Below are positions 39,158 through 50,159 of a stretch of 64,000 nucleotides of DNA, piece after piece. Below the pieces are notes generated by a model that was given only the letters and a program-made list of their open reading frames with translations, had not been told where the DNA came from and did not search any database. This DNA comes from Atribacterota bacterium. GTDB lineage: Bacteria > Atribacterota > Phoenicimicrobiia > Phoenicimicrobiales > Stramentimicrobiaceae. Position 1 is the stretch's first letter. Each line of letters begins with the position of its first letter. Both the position numbers and the translations under genes were made by a program. The DNA lies in contig JAXGNR010000004.1 in assembly GCA_040767965.1 (NCBI GenBank), forward strand, positions 672,001-736,000, written 5' to 3'.

Positions 39158-40204
39158 TCAATGAGATGTTACATAATTTGGATCCATTGCTTTTGATATT
39201 GCTACTTCCCTGTCGATAATATGATTTTTGTATAAATCCTTTAAACACTGGTCAACTGTCTGCATTCCATGCTGATAAGAGCTCTGGATAGTAGCATATA
39301 TCATATGGATACGCTCTTCTCTGATGATATTTCTAATTGCTGGAGTTGCTCTCATTATTTCAACAACCGGAACACGAGAAGTCTGATCAATGTTTGGTAT
39401 CAGAGATTGAGACAAAACAGCAATTAAAGATTCAGCCAATTGTATTCTGATTTGTCTTTGCTGCTCAGGTGGAAAAACATCAATAATTCTCTCCACAGTT
39501 TCAGCCGCACTATTCGTGTGCAAAGTTGAAAATACCAGATGTCCCGTTTCTGCTGCTGTTACAGCCATAGAAATTGTTTCCAGATCTCTCATTTCGCCTA
39601 CCAGAATCACGTCAGGATCTTCCCTTAAAGCGCTTCTTAAGGCATACGAAAAAGATTGAGTATGCGAGCCTACCTCTCTTTGTTCGATAATACATTTTTT
39701 ATGCTTATGAACAAATTCAATCGGGTCCTCAATAGTTATTATATGCAACCTCTGATTTTCATTAATTATATCAATCAAAGTTGAAAGTGTGGTAGATTTA
39801 CCACTACCGGTTGGGCCGGTAACAAGAACTAATCCTTTTTGAATCTTGGCCAGGTTTCCTATAGAAGCCGGTAAGCCAAGCTCTTCCAGTGTTTTTATTT
39901 TACCTAGAATCAATCTAAAAGCACCTGCCATTCCTCTTCTGTGACGGAAAACATTGACTCTAAATCGTTCTCCATTAACTATTTCAAGAGAAAAATCGAT
40001 TTCATTTATATCCTCAAATTTTTTCTTTTGTTCATTACTCATAACACTGTAAAGAAGCTCATAAACATCATTTTCAGTTAGCTCGGGTAAATCCATCTTC
40101 AAAAGCGAACCATTAACTCTCAGAGTTGGCGGCACTCCTACTGTAAGATGTAAGTCCGATGCCTCAAAGTCACTGGCAGTTTTTAGTAATTCAATAATCT
40201 TCAC
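39158..40204 (-). CDS. pilT: Retraction ATPase PilT (copy 2)
   Basis: ASDLHL, GPTGSGKSTT, ALREDPD, AIRNIIRE; GTG start after AGGAGG. Confidence 0.95.
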   Translation of the reverse strand: MKIIELLKTASDFEASDLHLTVGVPPTLRVNGSLLKMDLPELTENDVYELLYSVMSNEQKKKFEDINEIDFSLEIVNGERFRVNVFRHRRGMAGAFRLILGKIKTLEELGLPASIGNLAKIQKGLVLVTGPTGSGKSTTLSTLIDIINENQRLHIITIEDPIEFVHKHKKCIIEQREVGSHTQSFSYALRSALREDPDVILVGEMRDLETISMAVTAAETGHLVFSTLHTNSAAETVERIIDVFPPEQQRQIRIQLAESLIAVLSQSLIPNIDQTSRVPVVEIMRATPAIRNIIREERIHMIYATIQSSYQHGMQTVDQCLKDLYKNHIIDREVAISKAMDPNYVTSH

Positions 40205-40261
40205 TATTTTCCTCCTTTTTATAAAGAAGGCAAGGAACAAGCTACATATATTACTGTTTTT

Positions 40262-41446
40262 TTACTTCAATAATTCTGCTTTATCAGTTTTTTCCCAGGT
40301 AAATTCTTCCAATTCCCTGCCAAAATGCCCGTAAGCAGCAGTATTTTTATAGATAGGTCTCTTTAATTTTAAATCATTGATTATAGCAGCTGGTCTGAGA
40401 TCAAAGTTATTTTTGATTAAATCTATTATCCTGGAATTTGATAGTTTTCCTGTGTCAAAAGTATTTACCATTATTGATACAGGATTAGCCACTCCTATAG
40501 CATAAGCAATTTCAATTTCACATTTTTCAGCTATTCCAGCTGCAACAATATTTTTAGCAATGTACCTGGAGATATAACTTCCTGAACGATCAACTTTTGT
40601 GGGATCTTTTCCAGAAAAACATCCTCCTCCATGACTTCCAAAACCACCATATGTGTCTACAATTATTTTTCTTCCTGTTAATCCTGTATCAGCCTGAGGT
40701 CCGCCGATAACAAATCTTCCTGTTGAATTAATATAATACTTTGTTTTGTTATCAAGATATTTACCAGGAATAACTTTTTTGATAACCTTTTCCATAATAT
40801 CATCTCTGATAGTTTGCAGATCTACATTTGGATGATGTTGAGCAGCGATAACTATTGCTTCCACTCTTTCAGGTTTGCCATCAAAATATTGCACAGTAAC
40901 CTGAGATTTCCCGTCCGGTCTTAAATAGGGTACTATTTTATTTTTTCTGACCTCAGCAAGCCTATAAGTCAATTTATGGGCTAATGAAATTGGCAATGGC
41001 ATCAATTCGGGGGTTTCAGTACAAGCATAGCCAAACATCATTCCCTGATCACCTGCCCCTGTAGCTGATATTTTATCTTTTTCAGGAATCTTTTTTTCTT
41101 CTCTTGTTTCCCAGGCGCAATTTACCCCTAAAGCAATATCTTTAGATTGCTCTTCTATTGATGTCAATACTGCACAGGTGTCACAATCAAAACCAAATTT
41201 AGCCCTAGTATAACCTATTTCTTTTATAGTTTCCCTGGCTATTTTTGGAATATCAACATACCCCTGAGTGGTAACCTGACCTGCCACCAGCACTAAACCG
41301 GTTGCAACTAATGTCTCTACAGCAACCCTTGCTTCTGTGTCCTGCTGGTATATTTCATCTAATATAGCATCAGAAATCTGGTCGGCTATTTTATCAGGAT
41401 GCCCTTCTGTAACAGATTCTGATGTGAATAAGTAATTTTCTTTCAA
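40262..41446 (-). CDS. metK: S-adenosylmethionine synthetase
   Basis: [28 protein letters not shown]. Confidence 0.98.
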   Translation of the reverse strand: MKENYLFTSESVTEGHPDKIADQISDAILDEIYQQDTEARVAVETLVATGLVLVAGQVTTQGYVDIPKIARETIKEIGYTRAKFGFDCDTCAVLTSIEEQSKDIALGVNCAWETREEKKIPEKDKISATGAGDQGMMFGYACTETPELMPLPISLAHKLTYRLAEVRKNKIVPYLRPDGKSQVTVQYFDGKPERVEAIVIAAQHHPNVDLQTIRDDIMEKVIKKVIPGKYLDNKTKYYINSTGRFVIGGPQADTGLTGRKIIVDTYGGFGSHGGGCFSGKDPTKVDRSGSYISRYIAKNIVAAGIAEKCEIEIAYAIGVANPVSIMVNTFDTGKLSNSRIIDLIKNNFDLRPAAIINDLKLKRPIYKNTAAYGHFGRELEEFTWEKTDKAELLK

Positions 41447-41532
41447 AGTGATTCCTCCTTCTGCTTTTCGGCTTTAATAAATATTTCGGTAATCTTTTGT
41501 ATTGATTCAGTATAAATAATAAAAAAATATTT

Positions 41533-42618
41533 TCACAAATACTTTTTAAATTGGGTATCTTTTTCCATTTGTGAAATTATTTTTTTTATGTCTCCTTCTC
41601 TATTTTTGGGATATATCATTTGGATTGGCCCATTTTTTATAATAACAAAATTGTCAAGTCCAATAGTAACTGTAAGTCCATTGTCATTTATAATTATACA
41701 ATTTTTTGTATCTATCCCTAAGTGTTCTCCCTGTATAATATTTCCATCTATGTCCATTGGGATGAATCTTTCTACAGCATGCCAGGAACCAATATCATCC
41801 CAAACAAATCCGCCTTCAACAGCTAATATCTCAAGCGTCTTTTCCAGAACCGCATATTCAAAAGAAACTGCTTTTATCTTCTCAAATTGAGTTCTGATTG
41901 TTTGGCTTTTATCTAATGTTCCAATACTTTGGGATATTATTTGCATAGATTTGTCCAGTTCTGGAAGAAATTGTTTTATTGACTGAAAAATAAATTGGCT
42001 TGGCATGACGTATATTCCAGTATTCCAAAAAAGCTGAAACTTTTTTTCACTTTCAGCAATCCAATTTTCATCGGGTTTTTCTTTAAATTTCAATATTTTA
42101 TAAAGTTTTATATTTTTAACATTGGTTATTTGTTTGTCAACAACAATGTAACCATATCTTGGTTCCTTTTTTTTTGGCTTTATCCCTATCAGTACAGGTC
42201 TATTGTAATCAAAAGCAATCTGAAAAGCATCTTTTAAAGAATCTTGAAACTGCTCTTTTTCAGGGATATAATGATCAATTGGGAAAATAGCCAGGTTTAT
42301 TGAAGCTTTTTTATGATAATTATTTATTAGCAATGCTGACAAGGCAATACTTGCTGCTGTATCTTTCCCGGTCGGTTCTAAAATATAATTTAGCAAATCT
42401 ATTTCAGGAACTATCTCTCTAACCTGCTGAAACAAATCCTCAGTTGTGGAAATAAAAATATCATTGGGCTCAAAAAAAGTTAAAAGTCTTTCAAAAGTTT
42501 CTCTAAGCATGCTGTTTCCGCTTGGTGATGGCAATAATTGTTTAGGTTTATTAAAACGGCTATGAGGCCAAAAGCGCTTTCCTCTTCCTCCAGCCAAAAT
42601 AAGGGCAATTTTTTTCAT
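41533..42618 (-). CDS. Mannose-1-phosphate guanylyltransferase
   Basis: ILAGGRGKRFWP.S...PKQ, EPTGKDTA, WDDIGSW. Confidence 0.88.
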   Translation of the reverse strand: MKKIALILAGGRGKRFWPHSRFNKPKQLLPSPSGNSMLRETFERLLTFFEPNDIFISTTEDLFQQVREIVPEIDLLNYILEPTGKDTAASIALSALLINNYHKKASINLAIFPIDHYIPEKEQFQDSLKDAFQIAFDYNRPVLIGIKPKKKEPRYGYIVVDKQITNVKNIKLYKILKFKEKPDENWIAESEKKFQLFWNTGIYVMPSQFIFQSIKQFLPELDKSMQIISQSIGTLDKSQTIRTQFEKIKAVSFEYAVLEKTLEILAVEGGFVWDDIGSWHAVERFIPMDIDGNIIQGEHLGIDTKNCIIINDNGLTVTIGLDNFVIIKNGPIQMIYPKNREGDIKKIISQMEKDTQFKKYL

Positions 42619-42665
42619 AATAACATTCCTGTATTACCTTGTTAATAATATATTTGCAAAAAACA

Positions 42666-43580
42666 TTAATATGTTCCATTTTGATCGTGATATAATAAAT
42701 CATCTATATTTTCATAGTCAAATCCGCGGAATTGAGCATAATTTTTTAATACTTTTTCGGTATAACTATTCGGGATTTCACTATCATTTAACAATATTTC
42801 CTGTATTTTAAAGGGTCCATGATTATAAGCAGCGAGGGCTAGTTTCATGTCACCAAAATCCTCATAAAGCAATGAAAGATAATGCAAACCTATCCTGATA
42901 TTATTTTCAGGATCAAAAAGCGTATTTTCAGCTCCATCCCATTTTATCCCAATATTTTCAGCCAGTTCTTTAGCAATAAACCTTCGGACCTGACAAAGGC
43001 CGAAAGCATAAGCTTCAGATAAGGCCTCAGTATCAAAATTACTTTCGACTTTAATTAAAGCACTGGTCAACAAAGGGTTAATTCCATATTTTACAGAATT
43101 TTCATAAATATGTTTTGCTACTTCATAAATAGTTTCACTTTCCAGATCCTTATTATGATTTGATATAATATTTACAATACGACTAATATAAAATTCTCTT
43201 TTATTCTCTTCAGAAATCATTCCGGTTAACTCCTGAAGCTGCATATATATTTCAGTAAACTGCTCTTTGCTTATAATGTTATTTTCAAATCGATTATGAA
43301 TCGAATATACTTCTTGAATCATTTCATTTAAAGAAGTTTTTAGAGAAATATTTTCTTCTTTCAACTCCTGGTATGAATTGGATAAATTTTCTATAGAAGT
43401 TGATAGATTATTTAACTTTAGTATTCCCATGATAAAAAACACAACAATTATTGTAAAAAATATCAGGAAAATAAAATTGATAATTTTATTTACTTTATCC
43501 AGGATAACCAGGAAAGCCTTTTTTTGCCTGCTTTTTTTCTTTTTCTTTTTTGCATTAACCTGTTCTTCTTTTTTGGCCAA
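42666..43580 (-). CDS. Membrane-anchored SLT-family lytic transglycosylase with a coiled-coil stalk
   Basis: ALIKVESNF, GLCQV, LFDPENNIRIG, ALAAYNHGP. Confidence 0.85.
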   Translation of the reverse strand: MAKKEEQVNAKKKKKKSRQKKAFLVILDKVNKIINFIFLIFFTIIVVFFIMGILKLNNLSTSIENLSNSYQELKEENISLKTSLNEMIQEVYSIHNRFENNIISKEQFTEIYMQLQELTGMISEENKREFYISRIVNIISNHNKDLESETIYEVAKHIYENSVKYGINPLLTSALIKVESNFDTEALSEAYAFGLCQVRRFIAKELAENIGIKWDGAENTLFDPENNIRIGLHYLSLLYEDFGDMKLALAAYNHGPFKIQEILLNDSEIPNSYTEKVLKNYAQFRGFDYENIDDLLYHDQNGTY

Positions 43581-43617
43581 TTTAACCTCGCATTTTTATT
43601 ATAATATTATAAGTAAA

Positions 43618-45546
43618 TCATTTTATTTTACTGCCAGGGTTAATTTCTTTTTCAGTAGTTAGAAGGACAACTTTATTATTATCTGAAGCTGCTAATAACA
43701 TTCCTTGAGATTGAATACCTCTAATTTTAGCAGGTTCCAAATTAAAAACAACTACTATATTCTTACCGATAAGATCATCTGGCGAATAATGCTCTTTTAT
43801 CCCGGCAACTAATGTTCTTTCTTCACTGTTAAAGTTTACTCTTATTTTAAGCAATTTGTCTGCACCTGGTATTTCTTCTGCTGATAATACCTTTCCAACT
43901 CTCAAATCAATTTTTTTAAAGTCGTTAATTGTAATATTTTCTGTATTCTCCATTTTTTGAACCTCTTTTTCATTGTCATTATTTATCTTTTTTTCTTCAA
44001 TTCTTGGAAATAAATTTTCGCCTGGTATTACCTCTATCCCGTTTTTCAACCCTCCCCATTTTGTATTAACAGGGATATTCATTTCTTCAATATTGACTGT
44101 AAGCCCTAATTGATTCCATATTTTTAAAGAGGTTTCTGGAATAAAAGAGTAAGTCAGGATAGCAATAATTCTTAATGATTCTGCCAGATTATAGAGAACG
44201 ACTTCTAACCGTTCTTTTTTATCAATATCTTTTCCAAGCATCCAGGGTTCAGTCTGATCTATATATTTGTTTGTTCTCCGGACTAATTTCCATATATTTT
44301 CCAGGGCTGTATTAAATGAAAATTCTTCCATATCAATCATGAGGTTTTCTACAGTCTGTTTGGCAAGTTCCGATAATTCCAGGTCATATTGATCATTATT
44401 TAAAGAGGATATACTTATTACCGGTATTTTCCCTGAACAGAATTTCTGAATCATCGCAACTGTTCTGCTTAACAGATTTCCAAGGTCATTGGCCAGATCA
44501 TAATTAATCCTTTGAATCAATAATTTCTTTGAATAATTTCCATCCTGTCCAAAGGAAAGCTCTCTTAATAGAAAATATCTGAAGGCATCAGCACCAAACT
44601 CTTCGGCAACCTGATAAGGATCTACTACATTTCCTTTTGATTTTGACATTTTTTCGCCTTCCATAGTCCACCATCCATGTGAAAAAACCATCCTGGGAGG
44701 TGTAATATCAGCAGCCATTAACATGGTGAACCAAATAATGGTATGAAACCTTAATATGTCTTTCCCTATTAAATGAACAACTTCAGGCCAGTACTTATTA
44801 AATTTATCTTGATTTATGCCATAACCGGCCATAGTCAAATAATTTATCAAGGCATCAAACCAAACGTAAACTACATGATTGGAATCAAAAGGAACATCTA
44901 TTCCCCAATCCAGGCTTGCTCTTGTTCTGGTTACACTTTGATCTCTTAATCCCTGTTCAACAAAACGAATTATTTCATTTTTCCTGGTTTCAGGTTTTAT
45001 GCAATCAGGATTTTCTTTAATATAAGCAAGGAGTCTTTCCTGGTATTTGCTCATTTTAAAGAAATAGCTTTCTTCTTTAAATTTTTCAACTTCTTTACCG
45101 CAGTCAGGGCATTTTTTACCTTCTACCTGACTTTCCGGCCAGAATGCTTCACAAGTAACACAATACCAGCCCTCATATTCCCCTTTGTAAATATCGCCTT
45201 TCTCATACAATTTTTCAAAGATTTTTTTAACTACCTGTTCATGTCTTTTTTCGGTAGTACGAATGAAATCATCAGGTTTTATATTTAATATTGGCCATAA
45301 GTTTTTAAATTTCGATACTACCTGATTAGCAAGTTCAATGGGTTTTAGCCCTATTTTTTCTGCAGATTTAGCTATTTTTTGTCCATGCTCATCAGTTCCT
45401 GTTCCAAAAAGAACATCAAATCCTTGTAACCTTTTAAATCTAGCCATTGTATCAGCTGCGATTGTTGTATAGGCATGTCCAATGTGAGGCACATCATTTA
45501 CATAATAAATTGGTGTTGTAATATAGTAAGGTTTTCTCTTTTCCAT
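43618..45546 (-). CDS. metG: Methionine--tRNA ligase with C-terminal tRNA-binding domain
   Basis: HIGH, KMSKS, SQGMLLAA. Confidence 0.98.
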   Translation of the reverse strand: MEKRKPYYITTPIYYVNDVPHIGHAYTTIAADTMARFKRLQGFDVLFGTGTDEHGQKIAKSAEKIGLKPIELANQVVSKFKNLWPILNIKPDDFIRTTEKRHEQVVKKIFEKLYEKGDIYKGEYEGWYCVTCEAFWPESQVEGKKCPDCGKEVEKFKEESYFFKMSKYQERLLAYIKENPDCIKPETRKNEIIRFVEQGLRDQSVTRTRASLDWGIDVPFDSNHVVYVWFDALINYLTMAGYGINQDKFNKYWPEVVHLIGKDILRFHTIIWFTMLMAADITPPRMVFSHGWWTMEGEKMSKSKGNVVDPYQVAEEFGADAFRYFLLRELSFGQDGNYSKKLLIQRINYDLANDLGNLLSRTVAMIQKFCSGKIPVISISSLNNDQYDLELSELAKQTVENLMIDMEEFSFNTALENIWKLVRRTNKYIDQTEPWMLGKDIDKKERLEVVLYNLAESLRIIAILTYSFIPETSLKIWNQLGLTVNIEEMNIPVNTKWGGLKNGIEVIPGENLFPRIEEKKINNDNEKEVQKMENTENITINDFKKIDLRVGKVLSAEEIPGADKLLKIRVNFNSEERTLVAGIKEHYSPDDLIGKNIVVVFNLEPAKIRGIQSQGMLLAASDNNKVVLLTTEKEINPGSKIK

Positions 45547-45649
45547 TTTTTATTTTTTTATTCCTTTCTATTAACTGGACTTTTTTACTTGAACTGGATC
45601 TACTTAAAAGGTAATTTCTTCATATTAATTAATATAGAAAAATTATTGC

Positions 45650-46546
45650 TTATAATTTATCATTATTAATTTTTATAATTTCTTTGTAAATCCAATTCTT
45701 TGATACGGGATATTCTTTAATTATATAAGAAACAATATCTTTGTTAAAATACCCTTTCTCTAAATACTCACTTATTCTTTGTGTAATTTCTTTTTCCATT
45801 GCTATCAGCTCAGTAGAAGGCAAAATTTTCCCCTGATTTGCATCTGAAGTTGCATCAATTGCTCCCTCTACGATAACAGTTAACTCTCCTTTTATATTCC
45901 TGTTTTGCATTTTTTCCAGTATTGAGCTTGTTTTTCCTCTTAATGTTTCTTCAAATCTTTTTGTTAGCTCTCTATTAATTACAACATTCCTGTCGTTTAA
46001 GATGTCTTTTAGAATTGTCAAAGTTTCCTTGATGCGATATGGAGAATCAAAGAAAACAATAGTTTTTTTATCATTTTTTATTTCAGTAAAATATTTTTCT
46101 TTTTCTTTTTTTTTCTTAGGAATAAAACCAATAAAAACAAACTGGTTGACGTTAAATCCTGATATTGATAAAGCAGTAGTCAAAGCAGACACCCCAGGAA
46201 CAGGGATAACCTGAATGTTATTTTTCAGAGCTAAATTAATAATCTCATATCCAGGATCGCTGATTCCAGGCATTCCCGCATCAGAAACCAGGGCTATATT
46301 TTTACCTTCTTTTAAATGAGATAGTATTATTTTACTTTTTTTTTCTTTATTGAATTCATAATAACTGATTAATCTGGATTTGATATTGAAGTAATTTAAT
46401 AGTTTCCTTGTATGTCTGGTATCTTCTGCAGCAATCAGATCAACTTCTTTTAGAGTTTTCAGGCAACGCAATGTTATATCATCCAGGTTCCCAATAGGAG
46501 TTCCGCAAATATAAAATTTTCCAAAGGAGTTAGTCAAAAAATTCAT
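45650..46546 (-). CDS. rsmI: 16S rRNA C1402 2'-O-methyltransferase
   Basis: TPIGNLDDIT.R, AEDTRHT, SDAGMPGISDPG, RELTK. Confidence 0.96.
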   Translation of the reverse strand: MNFLTNSFGKFYICGTPIGNLDDITLRCLKTLKEVDLIAAEDTRHTRKLLNYFNIKSRLISYYEFNKEKKSKIILSHLKEGKNIALVSDAGMPGISDPGYEIINLALKNNIQVIPVPGVSALTTALSISGFNVNQFVFIGFIPKKKKEKEKYFTEIKNDKKTIVFFDSPYRIKETLTILKDILNDRNVVINRELTKRFEETLRGKTSSILEKMQNRNIKGELTVIVEGAIDATSDANQGKILPSTELIAMEKEITQRISEYLEKGYFNKDIVSYIIKEYPVSKNWIYKEIIKINNDKL

Positions 46547-46590
46547 TTGTTCTCTTTCAAAAGTTATAAAAACTCATATAAAAATAGATT

Positions 46591-47286
46591 TTAATTTTTT
46601 AAATAAAGAGGCGGTAATATCTTTAATTCTGTGCCACCATCTTTTCTTGCTTCAATTAGTACTCTTTTGGCGCTTTGCCCCTGTTTAGTATACACAATAT
46701 TAATTAATTTGGGCTCCAGATTGTTGTTTTTTAATTTAACTATCAGCGGAACCAGGTAGTCTGCTCTGTGTATAATATATAACCTGCCTCTTCTTTTTAA
46801 TAAGTAATTACTTATTTGAAATATGCTATCCAAATCAATGTTAATTTCATGTCGTGCCAGCAACTGGTCTTCTGTTGAATTCTGCTTTCCTCTGCCTAAA
46901 GACATAAATGGTGGATTAGCTGTAATAACATTAAACTTTTCACCAGGGAAAACATTTTTTAAATTCTTAATATCGTTATTAATAATATGTATTTCTTGTT
47001 GCAAATTGTTTATTTCAACATTTTTAAGAGCTAATTTTGCCAGTTTTTCCTGTATTTCTATAGCATAAATTTCATTGTTTTTTTCTTTATCATAAATCAT
47101 TAAGGGAATTATACCGCAGCCTGTTCCAAAATCTATAACTTTTTCCCTTTTTTTTAAAACTATAAAGTTACTCAAAAGGATAGAGTCAGTAGAAAAACAA
47201 TAATAATTTTTATTTTGTATTATTTTTAACTGATTCTTCTTTAAAGTTTCTATTATTTCTCCCGGCTGAAGGTTTATTTTGTACAT
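46591..47286 (-). CDS. tRNA1(Val) A37 N6-methyltransferase (YabB/YfiC-like)
   Basis: FSTDSILL, DFGTGCG, NPPF, ARHE. Confidence 0.88.
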   Translation of the reverse strand: MYKINLQPGEIIETLKKNQLKIIQNKNYYCFSTDSILLSNFIVLKKREKVIDFGTGCGIIPLMIYDKEKNNEIYAIEIQEKLAKLALKNVEINNLQQEIHIINNDIKNLKNVFPGEKFNVITANPPFMSLGRGKQNSTEDQLLARHEINIDLDSIFQISNYLLKRRGRLYIIHRADYLVPLIVKLKNNNLEPKLINIVYTKQGQSAKRVLIEARKDGGTELKILPPLYLKN

Positions 47287-48133
47287 TTTTGTCTAATATC
47301 TCTACTTCTCCTTTTTTAGAGTACAGGTCGTCTATATTTATTTTTAATCTATTTTTAATACGTTCATTATCTTCTTTTTCTATTGTCTCAATAACAACAT
47401 ATCTGCTTAATATGTTTACTTCAATTACTTTTCCTTCTTTACCATCTTTAGTAACAATGCTTTTACCAACTTTAGGATATTTTTTTAATTCTTCTTTATA
47501 AAATTGAGATTCAAAATTTAAACAACACTTCAATCTTCCACATGTCCCAGAAACTTTTGACAGGTTTAAGGCAACACTCTGCATTTTAGCTACATTGATT
47601 GGAACTGGTTTAAATTCTGACATAAAAGTAGAGCAGCATAAAGGTCTGCCGCAAATCCCTAGTCCGCCTACCATTCTTGCCTTGTCTCTGACCCCTACCT
47701 GTTTTAATTCTATTTTTGTTTTAAAGATATAGGCAAGTTCTTTTACCAGTTCGCGAAAATCTATGCGATTATCAGAGCAAAAATAAAACACTAAACGGCT
47801 TTTATCAAATAAATATTTGCATCTTATCAAATGCATATCCAGCTGATGTTTCATTATTTTACTTAAACATATCTCATATGCTTCTTTCTCATCATGCTGG
47901 ATATCTTCCCATTTTTGACAATCATCATTAGTAGCTTTTCTAACAATACTTTTCAGAGGTGTTTCAATTTCTTCAGATTTTACACTCTGCACAGGTATTA
48001 CTACTTTACCAATATCAAGGCCCATGGATGTTTTAACAACACAAAAATCTCCTATTTCCAAAGGGCATTTTGTACTTTTAAAATAGTATATGGTACTAGA
48101 ATTATTAAATTGAATTCCTACAACATCAGGCAT
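47210..48133 (-). CDS. ricT: PSP1-domain protein (YaaT/RicT)
   Basis: RIDFRELVKELA, GGLGICGRPLCC, CGRLKCCL. Confidence 0.9.
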   Translation of the reverse strand: MPDVVGIQFNNSSTIYYFKSTKCPLEIGDFCVVKTSMGLDIGKVVIPVQSVKSEEIETPLKSIVRKATNDDCQKWEDIQHDEKEAYEICLSKIMKHQLDMHLIRCKYLFDKSRLVFYFCSDNRIDFRELVKELAYIFKTKIELKQVGVRDKARMVGGLGICGRPLCCSTFMSEFKPVPINVAKMQSVALNLSKVSGTCGRLKCCLNFESQFYKEELKKYPKVGKSIVTKDGKEGKVIEVNILSRYVVIETIEKEDNERIKNRLKINIDDLYSKKGEVEILDKNVQNKPSAGRNNRNFKEESVKNNTK

Positions 48134-48135
48134 AA

Positions 48136-49128
48136 TTAATCCCCTAATTCAAGAAATATATTTTCCAAAAGGTTATTCTGGTTAATATGTTTTTCCAGTA
48201 AACCCGGTATATTTAATAAATAATATATAATCATAATCAATCTCTTTCTGGAATAATATTCAGAATATTCCTCTATTTTTTTATATTGTTCTGAGAAAGA
48301 TAGCTGTTTATTATTTTTTACCCCGACTTTTAATATTAATATATCACGAAACCAAAGTAACAATATTTCTAAAAAATCATAAAAATTTTCTTTAATACCT
48401 GGAAATATTTTTTCATATTTGAAGACAAATTCTTCCATTTTCCAGGGCTCTGTTTTTGCCAGAATATTTATATATTGCTCTTTAAATTTTATTTTTTCAA
48501 GATTATTTTCTTCCACAAGTCTTTTACCGGTAATCCCAAAAGATAATCTGAATAATCTATCCAATTCGTCATGATTAAAATTGGTTGTAGCAGAAAGAAT
48601 AGTTTTTTGTTGCTCAAAAGTAAGTGGTTTGAAAGATAAATGGCAACATCTGGAAATAATGGTTGGCAAAATAGAATTGAAAAAAGTGGTTATTAAAATT
48701 ATAACAGCATAATTAGGCGGTTCTTCTAATATTTTTAATAGAGAATTTGAGGCTTCAATATTCATCCTGTCCGCTTCATCTATAATATATACTTTTTTTC
48801 TGTTTTCAGTTGGCTGTAAATAGATGTCCCTTTTTATATCTCTAATTTGTTCTATTTTTATTACAGAATTAATTGGTTCAATCAATTTAAATTCTGAATT
48901 AATTCCTTTCTCTATTTTTTTGCATGAATTGCAGTTATTGCAGGAATCAAATAATTTAGAAAAATTATCACAATTAACTGCTTTTCCAAAAGCAATTGCA
49001 GTTAATTTTTTGCCAATGCCTTGATTTCCAGTAAAAAGATATGAATGTCCAATTTTATCATTTTTAATTCTTTTTATTAAAAAATCAATTATTTTTTCAT
49101 GACCAATTATATTATTGAATGAAATCAT
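48136..49128 (-). CDS. holB: DNA polymerase III delta-prime subunit
   Basis: HSYLFTG..GIGK, CxxC, ASNSLLKILEEPP, ILPTIISRC. Confidence 0.93.
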   Translation of the reverse strand: MISFNNIIGHEKIIDFLIKRIKNDKIGHSYLFTGNQGIGKKLTAIAFGKAVNCDNFSKLFDSCNNCNSCKKIEKGINSEFKLIEPINSVIKIEQIRDIKRDIYLQPTENRKKVYIIDEADRMNIEASNSLLKILEEPPNYAVIILITTFFNSILPTIISRCCHLSFKPLTFEQQKTILSATTNFNHDELDRLFRLSFGITGKRLVEENNLEKIKFKEQYINILAKTEPWKMEEFVFKYEKIFPGIKENFYDFLEILLLWFRDILILKVGVKNNKQLSFSEQYKKIEEYSEYYSRKRLIMIIYYLLNIPGLLEKHINQNNLLENIFLELGD

Positions 49129-49145
49129 ACAGCTATATACTCTTT

Positions 49146-49826
49146 TTAATTTATTTTATTTAAGTCCAATTTTCTGGGCAAAGAATTATTTAAGATAGCA
49201 ATAATATCATTTAAGACAAAATCAATACTTCTATTTGAATTTATTATTTTAATCCTTTTAGGATTTTGTGCAGCTATTTTGAGATAGCCATCTCTAACTC
49301 TTTCCAGAAATAATTTTCCCTTAATTATTTTCCCTTTCAAAAATTCATCTTCAAAGCGCATTTCTTTCCCCTGGCTGGAAACAGTAGATCTTTTTAATCC
49401 AATTTCAGGATCCACATCAAGATAAAAAGTAAGATTTGGTATTATATTCTCAGTAACAAATTCATTTATAAAATTTACTGCTTCCATATCAAGCCCTCTA
49501 CCATATCCCTGATAAGCAGTAGTCGAATCAAAATAACGATCGGTAATAACTATGAAGCCATTTTTTAAAGCTGGCTTTATATTTTGCAATACATTCTCTG
49601 ACCTGGAAGCAGCAAAAAGCAATAACTCTGCTTTATTGCCCAAATTTTTTGTTTCTTTTTCTAATAATATTTCTCTTATTTTATCTGCAGTATAGGTGCC
49701 ACCAGGCTCTTTTGTTAACATTGCTTTGTATTTATTTTTTGTTAATATTTCATGCATCTTTTTTGCAATGGTTGTTTTCCCGGAGCCTTCAAATCCTTCT
49801 AAGGAAATAAAAAAACCTTCTTTCAT
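49146..49826 (-). CDS. tmk: Thymidylate kinase
   Basis: EGFEGSGKTT, DRYFDSTTAYQG. Confidence 0.96.
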   Translation of the reverse strand: MKEGFFISLEGFEGSGKTTIAKKMHEILTKNKYKAMLTKEPGGTYTADKIREILLEKETKNLGNKAELLLFAASRSENVLQNIKPALKNGFIVITDRYFDSTTAYQGYGRGLDMEAVNFINEFVTENIIPNLTFYLDVDPEIGLKRSTVSSQGKEMRFEDEFLKGKIIKGKLFLERVRDGYLKIAAQNPKRIKIINSNRSIDFVLNDIIAILNNSLPRKLDLNKIN

Positions 49827-50159
49827 TTTTCTTGTTCTCTTATTCTGCTTTCTTTTTAATATTCAATTATTTATTGATATTTTTTTTAATATATTTTACT
49901 CTAATACATTTATTGTATTTGTCTAATCAGATAAAAAAACATTATAACATTAATACTTGAATGCTTGAATAATTTTTAATTATTTTAATTATAAATGCAA
50001 TTGTTAATTAATTTTCTGTAATATTCAAATGAAATAAACAAAATAACATAAAGTATTTGATTTTTACAATTAATGCAAAAAATCTGCATAAATTATATCT
50101 TAATTAATGTTATTTATCAAAAAGGAGTTTTATTAATAAATTTATAATTTATTTATTAA

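Noticed and set aside
49827-50159. Extremely AT-rich spacer as a replication origin
   Set aside because: No DnaA-box cluster and no switch in gene orientation
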